A DNA stretch of 64,000 nt, taken from NCBI GenBank assembly GCA_047967505.1, contig CM106538.1; one strand, given 5' to 3'. How positions within the stretch are numbered: position 1 is the first letter of the stretch; each line of letters starts with the position of its first letter. The translations under genes and the position numbers were made by a program. The notes beneath the pieces were generated by a model, which worked only from the letters and a program-made list of their open reading frames with translations, was not told where the DNA came from and did no database searches. Below are positions 14,306 to 26,989 of the stretch, piece by piece. Source of the stretch: Dipteris shenzhenensis. Taxonomy: Eukaryota.

Positions 14306-14341
<36 letters not shown>

Positions 14342-14583
14342 TATTCGAACATGGGGGGCTCTAATGCTTAAAGGTTCATATTCAGAATGGCACCCATCTT
14401 GTAAGCATAAATATGGGAGTGCGGGGTGATCATGTAGGACCCACGCTGGGGCACTTTTTACTCCAAGTAGTGGAGTTTTTTCCTTGAAGTCAATGTGATC
14501 ATGAGTGTATCAAGGGTATTTGTACTTCGTGTATCTTTCTAATGTGACTCTAGTCACAATAACATTATCCACTTGACATTTCT

Positions 14584-17169
14584 TGAAGGGGCAAATTGAT
14601 GTGTGTGTGTGTGTGTGTGTGTGTGCCTATGGGCTTGGAGTCCTATGCAAGAAGTGTGTGAGTGTAGGTGTGCTAGAAGGTTCTAGTTAGATGTGTTAGG
14701 TTGGTGTGATGAGTAGGTGATCGATTGAGATAATCAGGGAGATAATTGTGGATCTAGGATCTACCTACATGGAGGCAGTTGCCTATATATGTAACCACTC
14801 TTGGAATAAAGATTTACATTTGTGCCTCATTACTTCTTCCATGGATTCACGCGCAGTATCAGAGCTTGCTAAAGATTCTAGTGCCTTTGAAGAGATTCTT
14901 TGAAGATTCTCTCTTCTTTCCCAAATGGAGTTTTCTTCTTCCTTTCTTCCATGAATTTCCTTAAGCTCATTCTCCTCCTACAAGCCACCATTGCTCCAGC
15001 CTTTTCAGGTGTAGATTCCCCTAGTTAGGACACCCTTCCACCTGAGAGGAATTGAAAGATTATGGCCTCTACAACCTGTGCTTACACTCGATCTATCCCA
15101 TGCCATTTCTGATGATACAGCCTACTGGAGCCACCATTTCAAAAACAGTGAGGTGCGCTTAGGCGACCCTATGGGCTACCTGTTGGCGAATTTTGAGAGC
15201 AAATGGACCGAGGAATGAGGAGAAACTACAGAAAAACCAGTCGGGTTTTTCAAGGAGACATGTTTTTGGAGGTGGAGAAGATGCTGCTACCCCTGGAGGT
15301 GTGAAGCTCTTTTTGGTCTGAGACTTGCATTGAGTCTTCTACTCCTAAGGATCATTAATTACGCAACAAATACCCTCTGGTTGATGCCTTGTGGTGTGAG
15401 GTAGCAATCCTCCAAGGTTACTCTATTTATGCAAGCATTTCTTGACTATTTTTTTGAAAATAGATGCTACACTAAATGCTAAGTTTATGCTTGAGGAGTT
15501 AGAATCCAAATAAGAGATTCAGAGATTTCTTTTTCAGATTAGAAAATGCTCTTTGAAGTTCAGCTGATGTTGATTTCTTGACAAAATGCCAAACTCTCAA
15601 TCTTCTTCTTCAAGTGCCAAGAAGACTACAAAGACAAAGTACAAGGTAAAGAAGACCCCAGTTAAGAGGTTGTGGGAGAAGCCAACTGGTTATGAATATG
15701 CCAAACAATTAGGATTTTCAGAATTCTTATCTTGCAATTTGCATCTATATGGTGAAGGTGATTTTTTTGTTCAGAAAGATTGACCTTTTGTAAAGGGATT
15801 AGACACTGCCATTAATTTGGTAAGACCTTCCCAAAATGGCTTCCAAACTGAAAATAGATAAGTTTGAAGGAGAGGGGTTCCACACTTGGCAAACAAAACT
15901 GAAGGTAGCAAATGGAAGAGAAACTAAACCTACAACTAGAGAAGGAGAAGCTTCATGGCTTCCAAAAGATGAAAAAGCACTTGCTATAATTGCTCTTGGT
16001 TTAGTGATTCCTTTATTCATCACATTGATGGATGTGAGACTCATGCTGCATGGACTCATCTTGAGCATGTGTTTGGAGCACAAGGAAGATGCTCTAAGTT
16101 TAGCTTGCTTATCAAGTTCTTTGACTTAAAATTTGATAGAGGGGAGTCCATCTCTTCACATCTAAATTCAATGAAGAGCATTTTGACACAGTTATCTGGC
16201 ATCAAGTTTAATCTTGATGAAGATATTGTAATTGCCATCTTACTTAGAAGTCTCACTGAAGAATATGGCACTATTGTAACCACACTCACCAATATTCCAG
16301 AGATACGTCTGGTAGAAACTGAAGCATCACTCTTGGAGAAGGAGAGAAAGATCAAACAAAGAAGTGATTACAAAGAAGGGGCATATTACAAAGAAGGCGC
16401 ATATTTGGCCAGAAGCAACTTAAGCAACTTCAAGGGAAAGGGCAAAATGAAATGTAACTTTGTGGCAAACCTGGATACTTTGAAAAGGAATGTTATGCCA
16501 AAAAGAGATGTTCAGCCAATCTTGTTGAGGAAGCAAAAACTGAAGAAGACGAAGAACCAAAGAATGTCAAAGCTCTCACTGCTTACAACACCCAAGTCAA
16601 ATCTAACAAGGGTAAGGATCCATATGTTTTCTAAGTTATGTGTGTGTGAGATCAATAATGGTTCTCTGCCATGAATAGTCCATCCTTAAAAGATTGTTAG
16701 TCTTTTGAGATTTTTCCTTGTTGGACTCATTAGGCTTTACATACATAGTCAATGTCCATCTCCCAGTTGTAAACCAAGAATCCTAAAGAGTGAGTCACAG
16801 GTTGGGGCCATGAGTTTTGCCACATGATGGTGGGCAAGCCATGGAGCATCCCATGTACTACTACTGAGGGATGAGTTCATCAATTTGTGGGGGGGAATGA
16901 AGGGGCAAATTGATGTGTGTGTGTGTGTGCCTATGGGCTTGGAGTCCTATGCAAGAAGTGTGTTGAGTATAGGTGTGCTAGAAGATTCTAGTTAGGTGTG
17001 TCAGGTTGGTGTGATGAGTGAGTGATCATAGGAGGTGATTGATTGAGATAATCAGGGAGATGATTGTGGATCTGGGATCTACCTACATGGAGGCAGTTGC
17101 CTATATATGTAACCACTCTTGGAATAAAGATTTACATTTGTGCCTCATTGCTTCTTCCATGGATTCACA
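14584..17169 (+). mobile_element. 2.6-kb gag-only Copia-related LTR element (TR-GAG-like)
   Basis: LTRs at 14584-14851 and 16898-17169, 5-bp TSD TTTCT (14579-14583 / 17170-17174), degenerate PBS cagtatcagagc (14854-14865), G-rich PPT before 16898. Gag relic at 15836-16674. No PR, INT or RT seen. Confidence 0.9.
15836..16674 (+). pseudogene. Copia-type Gag (UBN2-like), frameshifted
   Basis: KIDKFEGEGFHTWQTKL...DEKALAIIAL; ESISSHLNSMKSILTQL...AILLRSL; degenerate zinc knuckle near 16450-16495. Confidence 0.8.
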
Positions 17170-17442
17170 TTTCTTACCCCACGATTCTCTCTGTGTCTTC
17201 TCTGCTCCAACAATTAATATCAGAGCGCACTATTCCAATCCTTCTGCTTCAACTCTGATAACTCACATGCTTGGCGAGCTTGTCATCACTCGGTTGGGAG
17301 GAGACTGCTCAAAGGCTACTCAGTTAGCCAGGTTATCCGAATTGGATGAGCTTCCAGTCAGCTCATCATCTACCTCAGCTCGTTTTTGCAGAGTGTCAGA
17401 CTGTTTCCAGCTTGTGGGAGTTCTCTACTTGCACCTTGTCGT

Positions 17443-17548
17443 CGACTAGGCTGCTCCAAGATCCTACCTCTCCAAAGCTGGTCGCCCGGAAGAGACGACT
17501 AGGCTGCTCCAAGATCCTACCTCTCCAAAGCTGGTCGCCCGGAAGAGA
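17443..17548. repeat. 53-bp tandem duplication
   Basis: gactaggctgctccaagatcctacctctccaaagctggtcgcccggaagaga occurs twice. Confidence 0.85.
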
Positions 17549-17559
17549 TGACTTGTTTG

Positions 17560-17850
17560 AGGCTGATTTAATCTCCTTTCCTTGCCGCCCCTGTTTTTGG
17601 GCACATTTGGTGAGTCCTTTGCAGCTAAAACAGTCTTTCCTGAGGTCACCCACCTCTCCCTTGCTACCCATCCTCTTGTTCCAGCTCGTGGAGAGAAAAA
17701 CAAACACATTTTCCAGCCTGCTTTGCTGTCTGCAGGCTGACCTGTTTTTGTCCCTCTATACATGACCACAACGGGCAGTTGGTCCCATCAAGCTTATCCT
17801 CAGCTGCAAGCATATCAAACACATCAATTCCTGCCATTTCAACCTTAAGA
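17560..17850 (-). pseudogene. Copia gag N-terminal relic
   Basis: LAAEDKLDGTNCPLW resembles the KLDGxNYxxW gag start; a possible degenerate zinc knuckle lies nearby. Confidence 0.45.
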
Positions 17851-18999
17851 GATGCAACTTCCGGCAAAGTCTCTTGCCCAACATTATTGGTACTGTTGGG
17901 CTGCTGCTAAGGTCTCACTTCTCTGAGAGAGCCCTACATTTGCTTGATCTGGGGTTGCACAACAAAAACTGCCTATTGTATCATTGTTTGGGGCTGCTCT
18001 TGCTTAATTTAAAGCTCCATCTTAAAAGAACGACTGTTACAGAGAAGAGGATGTGAAACCAGCCTTCACAAATCAAAGCATGGTAAGATCCACTTTAACC
18101 ACAACATACACAGTGAATAATCAAATTATCAATCACCACATATCAAATCACAGGGAGCTAGAGTGCTCCTACTCAGAAACAAAGACACCAATTGGCACCA
18201 AACACTAGCGCCCCTTGCGGTATTTCTTTAATATTCATATAAATCCAAGAGGCTAATTACAAGGTCTCCTGAAAGCTGCACCACAGGTAAATAGGCAATC
18301 ACATACTCTTCCTTCCAATCAAGCGTTCAACACAACCCAAAGGCATAAACTATCTGCCTGCCCCACTGCGCCTGCACAACCAAGTGCCCAACCAGCCATA
18401 CACGGCTAAACAGCTGCAGAAAAGCCAAAGACAAACAAAACTATGGCACAACCAGCCAGGAAACCAAACAATTCACCCCTATCTGTAGTCACCCTGGCCA
18501 CTGCCCAACAGCATAAATCAGCCTTCCTTGGCATGGAAACAATACCAAACACAATAACCAGCCAACAACCAGTCTGCAAACAGAAAAGGCAGGCAAAGAC
18601 CAGCCTTCCTCTACAAAGAATCCACAGGAATTAGGTCGTTTGAGCTGGAAAACCCTGAGTCCATCGAAGAATAGATGATTCAGCCCTGGCGCAGCCCAAA
18701 GGTAATAAACAAGTCGTCTCATCTGGAAAAGGTCTCGAAACCAACAGCAATTGACAAGAATCAGCCAAAAAGCGTTTGCCCCACTTTATGCAATCTGTCT
18801 ACAGCCCGGGAAGCAGTAGGATGAATCGCATCTCCTTCTGGAGCCCAGAAATAAGTGACAACAGCCTATAGAAGAAATTGCCACACTTCCCTTCCTCCTC
18901 CTCCCTTCTTCCCCTTCTCCCTCTCCCCTCCCCTCTTCCCCTCCCCTCTTCCTCGCGTGAAACCACACTGCAACAATCCGGAGGCCGCTTGAGTGACAC

Positions 19000-21360
19000 T
19001 TGCGGATGGCTTATGGTCAAAAGAGTTTTTCTATTGGTCAAAGAATTAACTACGGTCAAAGATACTTGACTTCGGTGAAGTAAGCCTGATTTCGGTCAGG
19101 AAGACTTGGTTTATACCAAGAAGGTTAACTGCGGTTAACCAAGATGTGCCAACTTCAGTTGGAGAGTTGTGCCAACTTTGGTTAGAGACTTGACTATAAT
19201 TAAGGCGCCTCGACCCTTGGTCAAAGCCCCTTAATTATAATCAAGAGCGTTGACTCCGGTCAACCAGAGAATAAATATATTTATATATTTGTTGTGTGTG
19301 CACATGTGTTCAGTGGGGACCCCCACCGTGACTAGAATTAGTCCATAGTGTATTATTTGCATACAAAGCGCTAACAATAGATGGGTGCCATGGTGGTGCG
19401 CTTTAATTAATTGTTGCAGGTACTAAGAAGGGTTATTTTCCCAAGCGCTATGGAGCCTAACAAGCATCTAGGAGGCAATTCGCGTGACCAAGTGCTTCAA
19501 AGACTCCAGAGTTGCCCTTAGTGGCATGTAATTAGGAAAGTGATGTAGAAATTGACAAGTGGCTTGTTACCAAGAAAGAGAGCCTGAGAGCTCATGTAAT
19601 TTCATTCACGTCTTAGATTTTGTATGAGCAGCTTCACGCTGAACTCTTGTACCAAGTTTTTCTCTCAAGTAATAAAATACCCTCAGGGGGGTCCAGCCCG
19701 AAATGTTGTCCTGGGCCCTAGTTGTTTGCAAAGTGAGGGAATGAGAGAGAGTTTGAAAGAGTAGATTGAGCGCAGGAATTTAACACTGGCATATGAAGAA
19801 GGTTACATTGGTATCAGAGCACCAGGCTCACCCTCTTTCTTAAGAAGGTGATGATTCAAGGAAGCCAACGGAGTCCCTCATATGCGGAAGGCTCATAGTG
19901 ATAAAGAGCCCATCGTGCAGTCTTTTTGCATTTCTGTGCCTTTCTCTTTTATCAGGTGTGCGTTTGGGAAGATCTGTCGAGGCGTTGTGGTGACGACGAT
20001 CTCATCGGGCATCACATACACTACAGAGAGGCATCACCATGCTCTGAGTGACCTTTGGTGTAGAGACTTACGTATTGCACCAACGCTGTAATGAAGATGC
20101 TCACATATTGCACCAATACTGTGGTGAGCATCCGGTAGCGTGGAGGCGTTGTAAAGGCATGGACTACGTTCACGCAGGTACCTGGTACAGTTCCATTGCT
20201 TGACGGTGGCCGGGTCTCGCATTCACGTGACGCAAATAGTCCTGCGACGTTGATTGTCTCTGGAAGGCACAATGCACGAAGCTAGCCAGCCAGCCAAGGT
20301 CTGAAACCTTGGCTGACGTGGCTCTTACAGACCTGTGATGTGGCGCACACGTGGCAGAGGCAATCTTGACAGGTCAACAGACACATGGCACACAGGTGAT
20401 GTGGCAGCCACACGTGCAAACTGATGTGGCAACCAGGTGGCATGCATGTGCAGGTGCTGACATGGCAGTACATGTGGCAGCCAAATCAGATGCTAATGTG
20501 GCACTGACATGTGGCAGACAGGTGGTTGATGTGGCAGACTATGGGTTCATCTAACCTAGACTTGGTTAGTGGACTGGTTAGAGGTCTAGTTAACTTGACC
20601 CAACCAAACTAGTCTGGTCACTATAACCAGACTGTGACCAGCCCAGTTAGTCTAGTTGCAGACTAACCAAACCAGAACTAGTCAGTCTGGTTAGTATAAC
20701 CAACTGGTTACCTCATCTAGTTACTGTCATTTTTTTAAAAAAAGACACTTACAGAGACTATTTCTGCTAGCAGTTTTCACCAACCTATTAGACTTTTCCT
20801 GTCAGAAAAACAGCAGAAAAGCAGAGAAATCAAAGATTTGCACAAGTAAAGAAATGCATGCTTTTGTGCTCAGAAAAGGGAATCAGATGCATTCTCAGTG
20901 TCATTTGCAGTAGCCAGAAAAAGGGGCGCACAGCTTTGAGTTTATGCCTTGAGTTGACAGCCTGAAACTGGCATAAGTTGTGAATCCAAGACACCTCTTG
21001 TTGAGGTAATTTTCTCTTTGAAAAGCAAAGGCAGCGTACATCAGCTGCATACACTGTGTGTGAGAGAAACTTGTAGATCTCAGACAAGTTGTAGGAGAAT
21101 GGCTCAATCACCTATAGGCATGCACATCCAAGACAGAGAAGTGTGCAGCAAACTCAGCAAGAATTTGAGCAGATGGTACGCATTCGTATGCAGGAGATGG
21201 AAAATCTCAAAAGGGATCCAAGAGCTCAGCATTTGTTTCAAGCGGAAACTATGTCTAATGCAGCTTATGATGTGCCAATGCCAGAGGCACACTCTCGTGT
21301 ACAGCCCGCGAGAGAGGGATTGTCATCGACTATTTCTCTTGATCACGAACCTCTATTCCT
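19000..21360 (+). mobile_element. Ty3/Gypsy 5' portion (LTR end, PBS, long leader, start of gag); left boundary approximate
   Basis: ...ttaca followed by a perfect tRNA-iMet PBS TGGTATCAGAGC (19809-19820). Repeat-rich leader. Gag-like start MAQSP.../MQQTQQEFEQM at 21099-21360. Confidence 0.6.
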
Positions 21361-21364
21361 ACGT

Positions 21365-24300
21365 TGAACAGATCACGGGCGATGGCACTCAATTGTTCCA
21401 CCCAGCCTACTCTCATGGATCACAGATTTTTCGAATTCATTTATTCCTTTGGTTTTTTTTCGTGCTTATCCACGAGACCCTCATTTCCCTAGATAGTTCT
21501 CCTTGCCAAATGTCATCATTTTAGCCTCTCCACTTGGTGCACCTTTTTTACCCCTCTCTTGGGTACATTTAAGACCACTTGCCCCTTGGCATTATTGCAC
21601 ATTTAGGTGCACCTAGGCCATAGCACTCTGAACTACCTAGTCAATGCCATTTCACCCTCACCTAGGACCTTGGCAGTTACTTCTCTTGACCATTTCAATT
21701 ACGCACATTAACTATTACAAAAGTTGGTCATCTAAGAGAAAATGCCCACCGATCTTTCCGAGGTCATGCTATCTCGGCTAGAGCATAACATTCCTTCCCT
21801 CTTCAAGCATCAACGTCCTCGATGATGAAATCTGGGAACACTCTCCGTAACTGGTATACGGATTCCCAGGTAGCTTCCGATAGAGGTTGACCATGCCATG
21901 CGACCAACACCGTGGGTATCTTCCGATTTCGTATTTACATTGTTCCTCGGTCCAGGATTCTTGTTGGTTTTCTCCTTGCAATATCCTCTATCTCCTGAAA
22001 CAAAACCACACCTTCGATTAGTGAGTCACCTGTATGTAAAAATTTCTTTAAGCGCAAAACATGAAAAACCAGGTGCACCTTACACCCTTGTGGCAATTCT
22101 AATTTATAGGCTACACTGCCTATTCTCTTTAGAATTAACCACGACCCACAGTATCGAGGTGATAACTTAGCACACTCTCCTGAAGTCAACGACTTTGAGT
22201 GCGAAGGAACTCTGAGAAAAACTTTTTCTCCTTCCCTAAATACTCTTATAGACCGATTTTCATCCGCATACACCTTGGCTCTATCCATAGCCTGGCGGAT
22301 ATTAGCTCTCGCAAGTGCTAGCATCTCCCGCATCTGAACTACAAATTTCGCGGCACTAGGCACTTTCTGAGGTACTCCAACTATAGTCGAATTGGCTGGT
22401 CTATAACCATAGTTCAGTTCAAACGGACTGAACCTGGTAGAAGAATGTTTTCTATCATTGTAGGCAAACTCCAACAATAGCAACCACTTGTCCCATGTAT
22501 GTTGCCTCAATGACACATATGCTCTCAGCATATCCTCTAAAGTCTGGTTGACTCTCTCCGTCTCACCATCCGTCTCAGGATGATCCCCACTACTCATTCC
22601 CAACTCAATCCTTAGTGTCTCAAATACCGCTGTCCAAAAATGACCGGTAAATCTGACATCTCTGTCTGACACTATGGATCTAGGCAATCCATGCAGATGA
22701 AATATATGTCTAATGAACAAATCCGCCACTTGCGGGGCACTAACAGACTCTCTAGTCGGAATGAAGTGAGCCATCTTGGTTAGACGATCAACCACCACAA
22801 GGATAGAATCATACCCTCCTTGTGTCGTAGGCAGTCCCACTATAAAGTCCATGGAAACGCTCTCCCACTTACTTAGTGGTATTTCCAAGGGCTGTAAAAG
22901 TCCGGGTGGCTTCACCCGCTCGGCCTTACTTGACACGAGAAACACCGTGTCACATATTCATGAATATGCTTTTTCATCTTTGGCCAAAAGAAATCTTGCT
23001 TCACGAGATCATATGTCTTCTCGACACCTGGATGTCCCGCACACGGGCTATCATGGCACTGTCGAATGACTCTCTGCCTGAGATCATTCTGACTAGGTAC
23101 TACAACCTTGCCATTTCTTTTCAGCATACCATCACTTATGGTATATCTTGCATAAGTTTGGCCTTTTCTAGATGCCAGGTCATCCTTTTCATTTTCCCCG
23201 GGTTTTAACACATGAGCTTTAGGCCACAAGCTCTGGACCAAACTCGTCCACCTTTTGAGTTTCTCTGATCTCGGTCATTAGAGCACTCTCTAATACCGTG
23301 AAACTCAGGTTGTGCATAATGCGAGACAACGCATCAGCAACCTTATTGTCCTTTCCTCTTCGGTACCGAATCGTTAGATTAAACTCCTGCATGAGCTCTG
23401 CCCACCTAGCTTGGCAGCCCCTCAAGTCAGGCTGTTTACAAAAATGTTTCAGAGTATCATGATCTACATCCACATAAAACTCTGAACCATACAAATAATG
23501 CCTCCATGTTTTCAAAGCATGGATAACAGCATACAACTCTAATTCATGAGTTGGCCAATTCCTTTGAGAGGGAGAAAGCTTCTTGCTTTCAAAGGCTACT
23601 GGCCTTCCCTCTTGAAGGAGAACTGCTCCTACCGCAATGCCACTTGCATCGGTTTCTAGGAACAACGGTTTATGGGGATCAACTATTTTTAACACCGGTC
23701 CTGAGACCACAGCTTGTTTTATGGTGTTAAAACTTTCTTGTTGATTCTGTCCCTAAATAAAAGGTACTTTATCTGAGGTCAGATCAATCAATGGTGATAC
23801 TATTCCGGAATGTCCTTTGATATGCCTTCTATAAAACTGGACAAATCCCAAGAATGATCGCAACGCGGTCAGACTACGCGGTCAGACTCTGAGGGATTAG
23901 TTAGTATCGCAGCCACTTTCTTCGGATCCATTTCTACCCCCTGTGGAGTAATTATGAACCCTAAATATTCAAGCCTAACCATACACAGTATAGTTTTCTT
24001 TTTATTCACATAAAGACTGGCTTTCCTCAAAAACTTAACACTATTCTTAAGTGTTCACGATGCTCAGTAATACTTTTACTGAATATCAGGATATCGTCAA
24101 TAAAATGTACTACGAACTTTCCGATATACGGACGTAGTAAATCATTCATAAGCATGACGAAGGTCGCTGGAGCATTGGTAAGTCCAAAGGGCATTACCAA
24201 AAACTCATAATGACCAAACCTACTCCTGAAAGCGGTTTTATGCACATCCTCGGCTCTAATCCGGATTTGATGGTGGCCGCACTTAAGATCTATCTTGCTG

Positions 24301-26035
24301 AAAATCACGGCTCCATGTAATGCATCTAGCAAATCATCAATCCGAGCCATCGGATACCTGTGCTTAGCAGTGATATTATTTAATGCTCTGTAATCTATAC
24401 AGAGGCGATATGTATCATCCTTTTTCTTCTTTAATATCACTGGTGAAGCAAAAGATGAGAAACTTGGTTGAATCTGCCCCAACTTGAGGTATTCTTCCAG
24501 TTGTCTACGCACCTCCGCTTCTTCAGCAAAACTCATTCTATAGGAAGGTCTATTTACAGGTTCTGCCCCCGGGATCAGTTCAATCTTATGCTGAACTTTC
24601 CGCTCTGGAGGTAACCCATAAGGTAGTTCATCCCTAAAACATTCAGAGAACTCCTCTGTTATAAGATTAGCCAGCTTGGCCATCTCACCACTTTGCGTAA
24701 CATCAGTGCTAGCCGAAGAATCATCAACCGGCTCTACCGATGCTGTGCAAAGGAATAAAAACTCTACTTGAGCTTTTTGGATTTCCATCACGGAAACCAA
24801 CGGTCCCTAAGGTATATCTTTTTCACCTCGCAAGACATAAAGCACATCATTCATCTTGAATTGATATTCGTGCTTTTTCCAATCAATGGCTGGATTCTTC
24901 CTAGAATGCCACGCCATACCCAGGGCTATATCTGCATGAGCCAGCTTGGTCATTTCAAAATCAAGCTTCTCAGCATAGTCCTAAATCCAAAGCTCCAACT
25001 GGGTTACCCTTTGGTCCCATACTTTAGTTGAACTTCCATCTGCCATTCTGACTGTATACGCATAGTCAGATGGGCTTGTTTTTAATTTCAGCCTCTTCAC
25101 GAGCTTGGAGTTAATCACATTGTGAGTTGACGCCGAGTCAAACAACACAATGACATCATGATTGGCCACTTGCCCTTTCATTTTAATTAACTCCGTATCA
25201 TTAAAGGCCGTATACCCCGTTGCTGCGGGCTTAAATAGGATGTTATCAGGTGCACTCGTCACTAACTTAGCAACAAATACACATAACAAACAAGGTACTA
25301 ACCTCTGAGAAGGTCCCGCCAGTTGCATCTGCATATGTTCCGCATTGGGACTCTCCTGCATTTCCACATCGCATTCAGATATTATCATATTAGCCGTGCG
25401 ACGGTCTTTATTCAGTGGACAATCCTTCCACTGATGTCGCTGAAGGCAGCCGAAGCACAATCCTTCTTTTCTAGCTTTCTCTTTTTGTTCAGGGGTCAAC
25501 GAGGACTTTGTTATTTTCATGACACATTCCCTGAATTTGTCAGTGTACTCTGCCACTGACAGACTCCTCTGACGAAGATTTCTATAAGCATCTCAAGCTC
25601 GGGAGTCTTCATCAGGTGGGAGAAAGTGTTTCTTGAATTCAGCTTTAAACCCATCCCAAGTGGTTGGAGCAACTTGATCCTTCTGTTGCTTTATCCACCA
25701 TCTGTCCGCTGCCTCAATAAACAGGTGTGTGGCCTCACAGATTTTCTTTAGATCGGATCTAATTTCACAAATGGCGAAGGCTTCTTCCCACTTGTGTAAC
25801 CAAACCTCGATCACATCAGAGCTGCGCTCGGTCATCTGACCAGCGTACTTCTCCGGTCTATAATTAGCGATATTAGGCACTTTGACCCTTGCGCGCTCTA
25901 ATGAATGTATACTGGGCTCTGGCTCTGTTGGAGCTTTACCCTTATCAATTCTAGACGGTCTAGCCGACAAGGCTTGTACCATCTCCCTAATCTCATTCTG
26001 ACCAGCATTCACTTGAAGCTGCTGGTTCAACAGAT
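21365..26035 (-). mobile_element. Ty3/Gypsy chromovirus relic, 5'-truncated
   Basis: Gag (25593-26035), protease [31 protein letters not shown], RNase H ETDASG/ELELYAV, integrase SMDFIVGLP/SDRD/HPETDG. Chromodomain-like VAWHG..SEATWES...FPDF at ~21815-21920. PPT at 21791-21804. Probable 3' LTR at 21365-21790. Confidence 0.92.
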
Positions 26036-26039
26036 AGCT

Positions 26040-26989
26040 GAATTCCGCGGAGATGGGAAATGCTTTAGATGTAGGACAGAGGGGCATATGGCTGCCCATT
26101 GCCCTGAGAAGCCTTTGGGTTCTAAGGAGCAGAAAAAGCCACAAGTACCACGGAGACCAATGGTGGGAGCAGTCCCAGATGTTTTGGGTAGCACCTCATA
26201 CCCAAAGGAAAAATAGCTTTTGCTATCATGGGGAAAGGTAAGAGATCAGCAAGCATTAATCCTATTTGATCCAGGGTCTACAGACAATTTCATATCCGAA
26301 GACTTAGCCTTGAGATTAGGGATTAAAATTGAAGAGCTGATCAAATGTTCCAGGGAAATCCAGTGCAAGTTACTCCTTTGATTGGAAAGCTTCGTGTCCA
26401 TGTGCAAAGCTATGTAGATCAGGAGGACTTCTTAATTTCTCCTCTCAAGCAGCATGATGTTGTACTTGGTACACCGTGGTTCCATCAAAAGTAACAATAG
26501 AATACCCTGAGAGGGTGCTGAGTTTTATCCATAGGGGGAAAAACCAGCATTTAGTCGCCAAGAATAAAGGGGAACTATCCCCATTGTATCTGATGTTACA
26601 TGTGGTAAAGCAATAAAGTCTGCAATTTCCGCGTACATGTTTTTTGTAAAAGAAAAAGAGAATGATATGCATGCCGAAATGAATGATGCAGACAAAGATA
26701 AATTTCAGTTTCTTGTAAACTTTAAAGATTGTTTTTCAGATGCTTTGCCGGAGGAGTTACCCCCAGAGAGACCAAAGGATCATCAAATAGAGTTGATGCC
26801 TGGTAGTGAGCCACCAAATAGACCACCTTATAGAATCAGTCTGACTCAGAGAGAGGAGATAATGGCTCAGGTGCAGGACTTGCTGTCCAAAGGGTTGATT
26901 CGGCCCAGCTCGTCTCCTTTTTTCTCACCAGTACTTTTAGTACATAAGAAAGATGGTTCTTTTCGAATGTGCATCAATTATCGTGCATT
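26040..26989 (+). pseudogene. Gypsy gag zinc knuckle, protease and RT N-terminus (continues at 30689)
   Basis: CFRCRTEGHMAAHC; ILFDPGSTDNF; IRPSSSPFFSPVLLVHKKDGSFRMCINYRA, cut here by a LINE poly(T). Confidence 0.9.

Noticed and set aside
17870-19000. Possible host gene exons
   Set aside because: No recognisable protein motif or consistent splice structure; left unannotated.
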